This document shows positions 1-11,950 of a stretch of DNA of 64,000 nucleotides, one piece after another. Below the pieces are notes generated by a model. That model did no database searches, had not been told where the DNA came from, and saw only the letters and a program-made list of their open reading frames with translations. The DNA is from Felis catus (taxonomy: Eukaryota). Positions within the stretch are counted from its first letter, which is position 1, and each line of letters opens with the position of its first letter. Both the position numbers and the translations under genes were made by a program. The stretch spans positions 17,424,001 to 17,488,000 of the forward strand of contig NC_058369.1 in NCBI RefSeq assembly GCF_018350175.1. Direction: 5' to 3'.

Positions 1-350
1 TCAGGCTCTCTGCTGTCCGCGAAGAACCCTGCTTTGGATCTTCTGTCCCCCTCTCTCTGCCCCTCCCTGTTGCACTCTCTCAAAAACAAATAAGCCTTTG
101 GGGCACCTGGGTGGCTCAGTCGGTTAAGTGTCCGACTTCAGCTCAGGTCATGATCTCGCGGTCCTTGAGTTCGGTCCTTGAGTTCAAGCCCTGCGTCAGG
201 CTCTGTGCTGACAGCTCAGAGCCTGGAGCCTGCTTCGGATTCTGTGTCTCCCTCTCTCTCTGCCCCTCCCCGTTCATGCTCTGTCTCTCTCTGTCTCAAA
301 AATAAATAAACGTTAAAAAAAATTAAATAAAAATAAATAAACCTACAAAA
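1..350 (+). mobile_element. Two Can-SINEs: 3' part of one, with a second (100-~335) inserted in its tail
   Basis: GGGCACCTGGGTGGCTCAGTCGGTTAAG head, CT-rich tract, AATAAA tail; 13-bp tandem duplication CGGTCCTTGAGTT at 159-184. Confidence 0.9.
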
Positions 351-413
351 GAAGAAGAAGAAGAAGAAGAAGAAGAAGAAGAAGAAGAAGAAGAAGAAGA
401 AGAAGAAGAAGAA
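351..413. repeat. (GAA)21 microsatellite
   Basis: Perfect GAA run following a SINE A-tail. Confidence 0.97.
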
Positions 414-449
414 TTCTCACCAAATCATTTTATGAGGCTAACAGAAGTA

Positions 450-650
450 ATCTGTAGTGATTAGAGGCCCATATTCCAACCTGACTGCCAGAGGTTCAAA
501 GTTGGGTTCTACCACTTAGTATCTTTGTGGCCTTGAGCAAGTTTCTTCACCCTTTTGCTTCAGTTTCCCCAAATGTAAACTGGGTGTTCAACAGTATTAT
601 CTACTTTCTGTATCTGTTAATATATAAAATAGTTCCTGGAATAGTGTGTG
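450..650 (+). mobile_element. MIR
   Basis: GTGGCCTTGAGCAAGTTTCTTCACC...CAGTTTCCCCAAATGTAAA core. Confidence 0.7.
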
Positions 651-770
651 TGTTTTATGTATTTGCTATTGATTATATGATTATTGATAATATACATCTA
701 CTACCAAACCCAGACAAGAAGAATACAATAATGGGAAATTATAAACAAAAATAAACTTACGAACTTAGAT

Positions 771-2015
771 CGGGTCAGCAAACATTTTCTGTACACAGCC
801 AGAGAGTAAACTGTTTAAAATTTGTGGCACCTATACTCTATTACAAATACAGGCAGTCCTGGCTTTGCATAGTTCTAATACACACTAATTTCAGTGACCA
901 TGGTTTAGTTAAGCAACACCAGTCCCCCAACAGCATGGTTCAAGTTTCAGCTCCCATGGTATATTAACTGTGAATAATTGCATAAAGCACAAAATTTGCT
1001 GCTAGCTCCTCAGTATACAAATTGCTACGTAAATAACAAGTGTGCGTGGAAATCAGTGACCTATCACATCACTTCTTCAAAGTCTGTTGGTGACTGGTCG
1101 CTGAGCATCTGTTATTCAGTTCATGCATAAACAGTGGTGCTACCTCCTCATCTCCCAGTGATAAATTCGTGTGGCATTTTATGAAAACGAGTAACCAAAA
1201 GAGAGAACTGGTCAACAAAAATAAATGTGCAGCAAAGAATCAAAAAGTAGTAACGCTGGAAGTGAAATTTACAGCAAATGTAAATGTAGTTCTAGAAAAA
1301 ATAGCTCGCTGTGGAAATGCTGACACTACCACCATTCAAAAGACGTGCTGCCAGAGGAACTCAGTGAAGGTAAGCTCATCTCCATAAATGAGAATAATGG
1401 CTTCTTGAAAAAAATAAAAAGGCCTTAGAGGAAGTGCCGCTGGCAAGAAATCTCACATTAGAAGAACTCTTGAAGATACTCTGTGGCAATGAAAGCACAA
1501 AAGACAAATGCTGGAAGCTGATCTAAACCTAGAAAGGAGTAGGGCACAGAAGAGATAGATATCTGGGTCCATATCATAAATTATGATAAGAAGAAGCCCC
1601 GACACTGTTCAAACTATTCTTGGTAAGTTTTTTACAAAGAAAAAAACATTTAAATTCTCAACATTTTTAATGTTTTGAATTACAGTGTACTAAACATTAA
1701 TTTTCCAATTTTTTCATTTCCCTAAGTTTTATATAAGACAAGAGAGCTTTTAAAATTTTTTTAAAGATCACAATCATAATTTTCCCCTTTGATTATTAAC
1801 TTTGCTTTGCAGTTTCAGCCTGCTCAGCCATTTTTTGCAGTCCCAAACTACTGTGCAAAGTAAAAACTTCCTGGTCTCAACACTGCCATTATAGAGTGAA
1901 AGCTTTCATAGACAATACACATATGAATGAGTGTGTCAAACATTCTTAGCTCATAAATTATACAAAAACAGGCACTAGGCCGAATTTGACCTGTGAGCCA
2001 TAATTTGCTGACCCG
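771..2015 (+). mobile_element. MER58A-type hAT-Charlie MITE, split by a Tigger insertion (771-849 and 1874-2015)
   Basis: Perfect 12-bp TIR CGGGTCAGCAAA / TTTGCTGACCCG; 8-bp TSD ACTTAGAT (763-770) / ACTTAAAT (2016-2023). Confidence 0.85.
850..1873 (+). mobile_element. Tigger (TcMar-Tigger, Tigger6-like) non-autonomous DNA transposon
   Basis: Starts after TA with CAGGCAGTCCTGGCTTTGCA and ends CTGTGCAAAGTAAAAACTTCCTG (degenerate TIRs); ORF 1169-1387 resembles a decayed transposase N-terminus (KVVTLEVK). Confidence 0.8.
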
Positions 2016-3321
2016 ACTTAAATGAAAAAAATCCTAAAATAAATATTAGCAAATCAAAGCAAGTAATGTATAAAAGATATATCTTGAACTCAGTTGGCTA
2101 ATAAAATCTTAGAAGATATCTATCAACATATTCAGTATATCAACGGATTAAGTAAGGAAACTAAAAACTCATCTCTCAATAGAATCAAGCCTCTGGAAAA
2201 AAAGACTCAATAAATTAGGATGGGAGGATCCTGTATCTGACAAAAGGTATTTACAAAACAAACAAAAAACAAAACAAAACCTGCCACAAACATCATTCTC
2301 TTGAGATGGGGTAGAAATAAGAACGTCTAATATTGCTGCTGCTAATCAATATTGTACAATGAGACAAGAAAAGAAAAAATTAAGAGCATAAGGATTATGA
2401 AGAAAAAATCATAATAACATTGTCATTATTTGTAGGAAACAACTATATAGACAGGAAATAAACTATTATATTTTGTAAATGAATTTAGCAAGGTTGTTCA
2501 ACTCCAGGCAAATTAAAACCCAACTGTATTTCTACATACTAGCAAAAACAACTGGAAAATATTTTTTATATAACATTTACAGTGGTTATTTTCTTAAAAA
2601 TTCCTAGGAACAGCTAGGATCTACTAACACAGAATGGATCCATGAGGAATGATATGTTTTATACTTAGGTACAAAAGAGTGTATATTACGTATCACAGAA
2701 AGAAAAAGGGAGGGAGAGTGAACAGAGATTACTGTAAAACAGCAGTCAAAATCAACTGAAAGGCTTTTGCTGACTCTCCAAATTTAACCTGAAGTGGGCA
2801 GAAGGCAAAAAGAACTTTGCCTCCTCACTGGAATGTGCTTCTCTATTGGTCTGCAAGTCTGCATGTGCTGACCTTTAAAAGACAGTATAAGGTTTGTCTG
2901 TTCTCCCTTCTACCAGTGGGTTGATAGACTGGACATGGGTGGACCATGACTTGGTGGCTCTGATGTTGGCTATATTCAATATTCTACTGTATTTCTTGTA
3001 CAGCACTGGAAGATTTTTGCCATAGATGCATTTTTAATCCTTCAAAAATAAGGCATAATGAGGTAAGAGAAGCTTAAACCACAGTTGAAATTACAAAAGA
3101 AAATAACAAGATATAACCATCCTGAGGGGGAAAAAACCTCTCCTAAATACAGCAAGCACCGAAGAGTTCTTAAACAAAATTGCAAAGGCTTCCAAACTAT
3201 ATTTCTTCCAAGAAATTGGGAAGTAAATTCTGAGTAATCAAAGGTACAAAAGGTAACATACAATAGGAGAAAAATTTCGGTGGTAAACACAAAATTAAAG
3301 AAAGTACAACCTAACTAGGAG

Positions 3322-3686
3322 TGTGGCAGAGATGTGTTCAGCGCTCTTAGATCCTGTTTCTTCTTCCCGGGTACTCACAACATTTCCCACCACCCTTACA
3401 GTTACAAGTTGAGACCATAAGACTGGGTTCCAGTCAATGGACTCACAGCTAAAGTAATATGCTTTAACACAAAACATTAATGAGATGCTCCTTGTTGTGC
3501 TCTTTGCTCTTTGCTCATTTGCTCTTTGCAAATGAATACAAAGGATCCACTGGAAGACTCCAAGACACCAGATGGAAGGAGATGGAATTCTTCAAACATC
3601 ACAGGGGGCAAGAAATAAACTTTTACTGTGTTAAGCCACTGAAATGCTAGATATGTTAAAGCAGATAGCATTAATTACCCTAATAC
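3322..3686 (+). mobile_element. MaLR LTR (MLT1 family)
   Basis: TGTGGCAGA start; AAATAAACTTTTACTGTGTTAAGCCACTGA...CCCTAATACA end typical of MLT1. Confidence 0.65.
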
Positions 3687-4531
3687 AAGGATCTTACTAT
3701 CTAACCTCCACATTTTACAAATAAAGAAAATGATGAACAAAGTGACTTTCTAAAAATTACACTAGTTGCTAGAATACCGTGTCTCCTGACTTTCCATAGG
3801 GAACTTTTACCTAGTAAAATTTCTAAATTTTACTAAAATTTCTAAATTTTTACCTAGTAAAAATTCTAAATTTCCATGCTAAATTTAGAATTTAAATTAT
3901 TATCTGAATATTTGTTAGAAGGCCACAAAAAGGCAGCAAGATAGTTTCTCACATAAAGATGAGGAACCTTAAATTTCTACAAAAATGCTTATGAAAATCT
4001 CAGAGGCATCCATCCCAAATATTACAACCGACACTAACTCTCACATTCTGACTTATATCAGTAAAATCTGGCTGGAATTATTAAAAACTTTACATCCAAC
4101 AACAGAGCAATAAATTACGTAAAATTTGCTATAATTTGTTACTCTACCACCCTCATTTTGTAAGGAATATCTGAAAAGTATTAAACGGTCTATCTAAGTA
4201 TACCATGTGAAACTGGTTATTTGTGAGTATTTCTATGAAGAGTATTGGGCATTAGGCCTGTGGTCAAATATAAAGCTTCTGATTAGGCCTTTATTAATAC
4301 AAGAGAAGGAAAAAAAAACCCAAGCTTTTAACAATAACTCAAGTCAGATTTAAATTCCTCATTGGGAGATCATCTGGCCTCTCTTTACCTCAGCCATAAA
4401 CTAGATATTAAGCCTTTGACAAATCAGCTCACTTTATTTATAAAAAGACAAGAATTCTCCAGGAAGTCCTTTTGTAAGCCTTCCGTCCTATGACTGGACT
4501 CTGGTCAGGTCAACAAAATGTACTAAATATT

Positions 4532-4614
4532 TATTAGGCAGAACCAAATAAAATTGTTGATATTTTACTGTTGTTTACTTATAAAAACCGCATTTTCATA
4601 TAGCTTGATCTAAT
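4532..4614. mobile_element. MADE2-like Mariner MITE (~80 bp)
   Basis: TATTAGGCAGAACCAAATAAAATTG...CATTTTCATATAGCTTGATCTAAT, degenerate long TIRs. Confidence 0.7.
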
Positions 4615-4771
4615 CCTAAGTGCCACTTGCCGCATTCAAAAAAGTACTGAATTATTTTGGCATGTATATACACATTTTTTTTAGAAGAAAAACGAGTATG
4701 CTGACTTAGGGGTTCCTGAACTGTTGTCATTAGAGCTAAAGAGCAAAATCTATACATCTGAAGAGAAAAAC

Positions 4772-4979
4772 TTTTTTAATTTTATTTATTTATTATGAAA
4801 GAGAGAGAGCAAGTGTGAGCAGGGGAGGGGAGAGAGAGAGGAAAAGAGAGAATCTCAAACAGACTACGCACTGTCAGTGCAGAGCCTGACACATGGCTCA
4901 ATCCCATGAACTGTGAGATCACGACCTGAGCCAAAATCAAGAGTCAGACGCTTAACCGACTGGGACACTCAGGCGCCCC
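4772..4979 (-). mobile_element. Can-SINE
   Basis: Reverse-complement head CAGGCGCCCC; TSD TGAAGAGA(A/G)AAACTTTTT. Confidence 0.9.
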
Positions 4980-5504
4980 TGAAGAGAGAAACTTTTTACA
5001 TATTCTCTTTTCCTGACTACTTGCAGCTATGTGCTATTTACAAAGACACTACACAAATTCAGTTAATTAAAATATTAGATCAGAATACTAATTCAAATAT
5101 TTTGGCCAAAACTGCTGCAGTTGCTGTGTAAACATAAATCCTACCTATCATTCTGTCAGTTTAGACTTCTGCTTAAAGATTTAGGATTAAGTGCCTTGGG
5201 CTCACAGAGTATTTACATTACTTGTAAAGAGCCATTCCCATGAAAGACTAAATCATGAATGCTCGTATTACATCCCATTCAAACACAATTTTTTCTAAAA
5301 ACTTTTCCCATCCACACAAAACAGAAATTTAGACTAGACCTCATGATAGAGGTCTGTTTTTTACTAAATCCCTTATAACAACACACTCTTCCAAAGACAG
5401 CGCTAAGAACCAAATCAACATACTTTTTACAAAATCACTGCACCAGACCTAAGTATGTCAAATGAATATCATTAACTTGTATTCCCAAGAGTGTATGAAA
5501 AATG

Positions 5505-5600
5505 AGGGTGATATATGGAAGTGCTGAATTACTACACAGTACACTTGAAACTAATATCACACTGTATATTAACTAATTGGAATTTTTAAAAAATTAAAAC
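5505..5600 (+). mobile_element. Carnivore L1 3' tip
   Basis: ACTTGAAACTAATATCACACTGTATATTAACTAATTGGAATTT matches the 3' end of the L1 at ~37810-37860. Confidence 0.7.
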
Positions 5601-5894
5601 AAGTATAAAAATTTATTTCCTTTGCCTTTAAATATTTTACTAGAAGAATCGTAATCTTCCAAACAAAACCACCTTCTGGATAAAAAAACAGTCTGAAGTC
5701 AAAGGAAGAGATAACCATCTTCTCTCTAAATTCCTAACTGTAGTTTTTCAAATTCCAGTTTTGTTGTTAGAGTACATGGTATAAGTCATCCCGCAATCTT
5801 ATGCAGTTGATTTTAAGCAATGAAACTAGATACATCATTACTCTCAGACACAATGGCCATCGACTGATTAGCTTAAACTAAAAATAAGGAAACA

Positions 5895-7640
5895 GGGGCG
5901 ACTGGGTGGCTCCATCAGTTAAGTTTCCAACTTCAGCTCAGGTCATGATCTCACAGTTCGTGAGTTTGAGTCCTGCATCAAGCTCTGTGCTGACAGTTTG
6001 GAGCCTGCAGCCTGCTTCGGATTCTGTGTCCCTCTCCCTCTGCCCCTCCCCAACTCACATTCTTCTCTCTCTCTCTCTTTGTCTCAAAAATAAACATTAA
6101 AAAAAATTTAATAAAAAATAAAAACAAGGAAAGAAATCAAACTATAAAAATGATATGCCCTGCATAACTACGAAAATACTCCACTATCAGCTCTAATGTT
6201 TCAATACAGCTTTCATCACATTACAATTTACTATTCACTTATAAGAGGGAAACTTAAACTATCCAGTTTACTCTCAGACTTCCTAACTAGTAAAATGAGA
6301 TCCAAAGCAGTTTCTTCTGGGGGGTCTGAGGGGTCCAGTTGGTTAAGCATCTGACTTCGGCTCAGGTAATGATCTCACTTCAGGAGTTTGAGTCCCACAT
6401 CAGGTGAGCTCGAGCCCCACTCCAGGCTCCGCACTCTCTCTCCCTCCCTCTGAAGTTAATCAATTAATTAAAAATAAACAAAGAGGTTTCCCCTTTGGGA
6501 AGACATCCGGCTAATAAGTGGCAAAGCTAAAATCAGAACCAAAGTCTTCCATCTCCCACCCAGCCGAAAGTTCGCTCTACAGGGTGAATACTCGCTGAAC
6601 CTGCAAGAGAGGCACTCATTCAGAGTTCATAAAGTAGCAATGCTAGGTCAAACAAGGCCCTCCACATATTGGCTTGCTGACTGCTTTGGGAAAACTATGC
6701 CAACGTCTCAAAAACCAGGAATTTTTGCAGGAAGTACCAATTCATAGCTTCTTTCAAAAAATCATACAATCGTGGGACGCCTGTGGGGCTCAGTCGGTTG
6801 AGTGTCTGACTTCGGCTCAGGTCATGATCTCATGGTTCATGAGTGGGAGCCCCGCACTGAGCTCACTACTGTCAGCACAGAGCCTGCTTTGGATCTTCTG
6901 TCCCTCTCTCTCTGCCCCTTCTCTGCTTATGCTCTCTCCCGGTGTTCTCTCTCTCTCTCTCTCTCAAAAATAAATATACATTCAAAAAATGATACAATCA
7001 GACAACCAACTTGCTTCCCACTCAGCAATAATATACTGGAGCTGAGAAAGAAATGCCTTCTGTAGACACCCACTCAGCGTATGCAGCATAGTCTTATTCT
7101 AAGCCAGCTTCAACTCATTCACTTTAACTGCCAGGATGCTGTAGGAGTTTAAGTAAGAAACTCCTGCACTAGAGCTATTTAAGTCATCATCAATTCTAAA
7201 CACTCCCTAATGGTTGTAGGATTTTGGCTCTGTTTTAGTGGCTGGGTTTAACTAAATCACAAAGTCACTGGACAGGAAAGATGGGAGAAGGAAAGAAAAT
7301 TAAAAACAAAAACAAAAAACCCATACTATGAGCACAATCAGAACCCAATTCACACATCTAAAACGTTTTATTTTCCTAGAAAGCAATAATCACTAACTCT
7401 TCTTTCAAGAGTTGTAGTCAAGGGGTGCCTGGGTGGCTCAGTCGGTTAAGCGACCGACTTCAGCTCAGATCATGATCTCGCAGTTTATGAGTTCAAGCCC
7501 CGCATTGGGCTCTGTGCTGAACAGCTCAAAGCCTGAAACCTGCTTCAGATTCTGTGTCTCCCTCTCTCTCTCTGCCTTTCCCCTACTCATGCTCTGTTTC
7601 TCCTTCCTTCAAAAATAAATAAACATGTAAAAAAAAAAAA
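5895..7640 (+). mobile_element. Four separate Can-SINEs (~5895-6120, 6320-6480, 6774-6990, 7422-7640)
   Basis: tRNA-derived heads, CT tracts, A tails; e.g. TSD AAGAGTTGTAGTCAA around the last. Confidence 0.9.
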
Positions 7641-7840
7641 AAGAGTTGTAGTCAATGACATGAAAAGCTGTGTTCTGACATGTCTGCTTTAAAGAGCAAG
7701 AATGCATACTCAAGAAAAAGAAAAGAATGCATAGTCATATTTCCTAAAATGGTAATCTCGATGGTTTAAAATCCTATATAGTATAGCTACAGACCACTAG
7801 TGTAATGGCATTTTACATGGTATTTTAAAAGTTAGTACTA

Positions 7841-8392
7841 TAGTTGGCAGTGCTGATCCCCACACAGACAACATTCCGTATATAACTTTCGACTCCCCCA
7901 AAATTTAATAGCCTACTATTGCCCAGAAGCCTTACTGACACCATAAACAGTCAATTAACACATATTTTGTATGATATATACATTATATTACATTATATAA
8001 TACATTATATTCTTACAATACAATTCTTACAATAAAGTAAGCTAGAGAAAAAGAAAACGTTAAGAAAAATTGTAGGGGCGTCTGGGTGGCTCAGTCAGTT
8101 AAGCATCCGACTTCAGCTCAGGGCATGATCTCATGGTTCATGAGTTGGAGCCCCACATGGGACTGCACTATGCTAACTGCATGGAGCCTGCTTCAGATTC
8201 TGTCTCCTTCTCTCTGCTCCTCCCTCAGTCACACTCTCTCAAAAATAAATAAGTAAACATTAAAAAAAGACAGAAAAAAAAATTGTAAGTAACAGAAAAT
8301 ACATTTACAGTACTGTACTATTATTTATCAAATAAAAATCATGTATAACTGGACCAGCACAATTCAAACCTGTGTTGTTCCAGGGTCAACTG
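7841..8392 (-). mobile_element. Tigger2a-type DNA transposon with a Can-SINE inserted (8075-~8280)
   Basis: Terminal GTGTTGTTCCAGGGTCAACTG+TA; internal AATAAAGTAAGCTAGAGAAAAAGAAAA; TA at both flanks. Confidence 0.85.
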
Positions 8393-8434
8393 TATTAGCT
8401 TTCCTCCCAGTTGTTATTAATAATTGTCTTTCTT

Positions 8435-8889
8435 GGGGTGCCTGGGTGGCTCAGTCAGTTGGGCGACCGACCAGCTCGGGTCATGACCTCGTGGTCTGTG
8501 AGTTCAAGCCCCACATTGGGCTCTGTGCTGACAGCTCAGAGCCTGGAGCCTGCTTCGGATTCTGTCTCCCTCTCGCTGCCCCTCCCCTGCTCACGCCTCT
8601 GTCTCTTCTTCTCTCTTTCTCTCAAAAGTAAATAAACATTTTTTTAAAATTAAATAATTTGTCTTTCTCTTTTTTTATTGAGGTAAAATTTATGTAACAC
8701 ACAAGTAACCACTTTAAAGTGTGCCATTCTAGGGAAGCCTGGGTGGCTCAGTTGGTTAAGTGTCCGACTGTTGATTTTAGCTCAAGTCATAATCTCACAG
8801 TTTGTGAATTCAAGCCCCACATCAGACTCTGTGCTAACAGCATGGAACCTGCTTGGGATTCTCTCTCTCACTACTCCTCCCCTGTTCAT

Positions 8890-8921
<32 letters not shown>

Positions 8922-9215
8922 AAAATAAACAAACTTAAAAATAAATAAAGTGTGCAATTCTGTGGCATCCACTTCGGTCTAGTTTCAAAATGTCTTTAAT
9001 ATTTTTTTAAGTTTATCTAATTATTTTGAGAGAGAGAGAATGCATGAGTAGGGGAGAAGCAGAGAGGCAGAGAGAGATAGAGAATCCCAAGCAGGCTCTG
9101 CCCTGTCAGCACAGAACAGAGCCTGATACAGAGCCCAAACCCATGAGCCATGAGATCATGACTGAACTGAAATCAAGAGCTGGACGCTTAACCAACTGAG
9201 ACACCCAGGTGCCCC
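8435..9215. mobile_element. Can-SINE cluster: + 8435-8655, + 8732-8945 (inside a minus-strand L1 3' tip), - 9000-9215
   Basis: Heads and tails visible; TSD TAAAGTGTGC(C/A)ATTCT around the middle copy. Confidence 0.9.
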
Positions 9216-10686
9216 CTGGTTAATATTTTTAATTAGAGAGGCACTAAACCAAACGTAAAAGAGCCGCTGTGTTTTCAAGTAATTTATCACATCTTAAGAA
9301 AAGGCCCGAACTCAGGTTCCAATCATAAGTGTATCCTGAGCCTCTTTACCACTGTAATCTCTTTCTACACGTGGCCAGCCAGAGTGAGCAGGTACTGTGC
9401 CAAGTACCTTTCACCTTCTACACATCAGTAGTATTTTATCACAAAGAAAATCCACACTCCTGCCCTGAACATAACCACAGTCAGGCTTATTGTGTGGTTA
9501 GCCTACCCAGCCAGCTTTTGTTTCAACAAATACTTGAGACATTGCAAACTACTTAGGAAGGAATGATCTCATTCTACTGACCCAACAGCCAACTTTATCA
9601 AAAAGCTTTTTGTTACAAGCTGTGATAACCCAGGAAACCAGAGCTATTTTTGTTTGAGCAAGGAAAAGGAAAAAAAAAATCACAGGGAAAAAACAGCTCA
9701 CATACTGACCATTTTAAAAAATCACTGATTCTACAGAATTTTCCCCTTTCTTTGGTGTCTGACCACAGAGGAACAAAGAGAAAGACTTTCAGAATTGTTT
9801 AATGCCAGGAAAAAAGTCATTATTGTGGCAATTAAAAAGCAAACTTCATATTCTGGTCCAAATAATGAACCTACCTTGGGTCCAATTTATATAAAAAATA
9901 AGAAATCCTCTCCATTTATATTCCAGATACTATTCTAATTACTTTATATATATTAATTCAATGACTACGGTGAACACTTCTAGTACATAGGTATATTATT
10001 ATCCCTATTTAAAATGAGGACACCAAGGAACTCAGAGGTTATATAACCTGCCTAAAGTTACTCAGCTAGTAAAGTGGTAGACCCCTACTCTTAACTACTG
10101 CCTCTCCCAGCAACTTTTACAGTAAGCTCTAGGCAGAGCTAAAAGATCATGAAACACTCTGAAAATGCAGAGGCAATTTAAGTACTGTCTCCAGCACCTC
10201 CACCTACCAGCCCCTAAAACATAAAAAGACACCTCCAAAACTGAGAAGTATAGAGAGCAGTAGTAGGAATGGGTAAATGAGCAGGCCAGTATTTAGGCAA
10301 ATATAAGGACTTCTTGCCCTATGACATTAGATGTACCAGACGGGGAAAAGATAAGGGGGAAAGGAAGTGCTTAGAAAAGCAAAATCTTACTATTGCTGTA
10401 CTGGTATCGAAGGATCTGGAGAGCATAAGCAATCCAGTCACTTAGAGTATTCCCTGCTATGTGAAAACAGACATTTTGTCTAGCTCTCCTCAAGTTTAGG
10501 TGAAAAAGCCCAAACTACATTCATTCCCTTGCTCTAAATCCATGCTCACCCAGCATCTTTCCCATCTAAAATAAGCCAAGATTGGGCCCAATTTATTGGG
10601 AGGGAGGAGAAAAGCAACAGGAAAACAGCATTCTAATCACTACAATGTCAGTCTCATTTGAAAATTCAGTACCTAAAGTTAAAAAC

Positions 10687-11449
10687 TGTAACGGAGATCC
10701 TGAAGGCCAGTAACTGGTTAGCTCCTCTCACCAAAACCACCACTGACCTGACCCCCAAAATGTAATTTCTCTCAACGTCCACCAAAAAAATACAATTGTT
10801 GTGCATTAGCATTCACCGCCGATTAACTTTATTCCTATTTTTTAAATTCTTTTTTTAAATGTTTATTTATTTTCGGGGCGCCTGGGTGACTCAGTTGGTT
10901 AAGCATCCGACTTCAGTTCAGGTCATAATCTCGCGGGTTTGTGAGTTAGAGCCCCACATCTGGCTCTGTGCTGACAGCGCAGAGCCTGGAGCCTGCTTCG
11001 GATTCTGTGTCTCCCTCTCTCTTCCTGCCCCTCCCCAACTCATGCTCTGTGTCTCTCTCACTCTCTCAAAAAATAAATAAACATTTAAAAAATGTCAGTT
11101 TACAAGTATCTCATCAATAGCCTAATCTCCAGGAACTCCCTACTATCTTAATAATGTTTTGCTAGAGGTAAAAACAACCTTAGTTTAACAATACCTAGGC
11201 CTCCAGTAATCTGTAAACCCTCTTCAGCACAGGAAAATCCCTTTAAGAAACTTTCTCTTGACTTTTATCTCCCCCAACTCCACAGTATATAAGCAGTTAC
11301 TCTGTACAACCCCAGTGCAGCTCTTTCTGCCCAAGGGTCCTGTCCCCGTGCTTTAATAAAATCACCTTTTTGCACCAAAGACGTCTTCAAAAATTCTTTC
11401 TTGGCCAGTCATTGGTTCCAAACCCCACTATCACCCCAAAACCCCACCA
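10687..11449 (+). mobile_element. Probable ERV solo LTR (carnivore ERV1-type), interrupted by a Can-SINE at 10875-11092
   Basis: TG start, TATA-like GTATATAAG ~11285, AATAAA ~11355, ends ...CCCCACCA; no TSD found, 5' boundary uncertain. Confidence 0.55.
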
Positions 11450-11572
11450 ATGTCTTCTGTTCTTTTTTTTTTCTTTTTTAAGAACTGCCGGTGACCCACA
11501 ATCTCAAAATTTCAATTCTAGCAAAAAACAATCTCTTAAGAAATGGAGATACACAATTAAAAGTAGTTTTCA

Positions 11573-11770
11573 GGGGCACCTCAGTGGCTTAGCTGGTTAA
11601 GCTCAGGTCATGATCTTCCAGTTCGTGAGTTCGAGCCCCGTGTCAGGCTCTGTGCTGACAGCTCAGAGCATGGAGCCTGCTTCAGATTCTGTGTCTCCCT
11701 CTTTCTCTGCCCCTCCCCTGCTCACACTCTCTTTCTCTCTCAAAAATAAACATTAAAAAATATTTTTTTT
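11573..11770 (+). mobile_element. Can-SINE
   Basis: GGGGCACC head with small deletion, CT tract, A tail. Confidence 0.9.
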
Positions 11771-11829
11771 AAAACAGTTTCCAAATTTTAATGGAGACAT
11801 CATTGGGAAGATGGCTTTAATTAGATTAC

Positions 11830-11950
11830 AGCATCCTAATCCCAGAATCTGATTTGGAAAATCTGGATAGAGGCCCAGGAATCTGCATTTCAAACTACCC
11901 TCAATGGTTCTGATGTAGATGATAAAACTGTACTTATCAGAAACATGGCC
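11830..11950. mobile_element. MER5-type hAT-Charlie fragment
   Basis: GGCCCAGGAATCTGCATTTCAAAC...GGTTCTGATG motif. Confidence 0.55.

Larger units (their letters stand above)
414..2610 (+). mobile_element. Old L1M ORF2 (RT region) remnant interrupted by MIR, MER58A and Tigger
   Basis: L1-like motifs TCATTTTATGAGGC, TACCAAACCCAGACAAG, AAAATCCTAAAATAAATATTAGCAAATC, GAATTTAGCAAGGTTG. Confidence 0.65.

Noticed and set aside
1169..1387. Possible domesticated Tigger transposase
   Set aside because: Only a short decayed N-terminal remnant in an internally deleted element; no catalytic domain.
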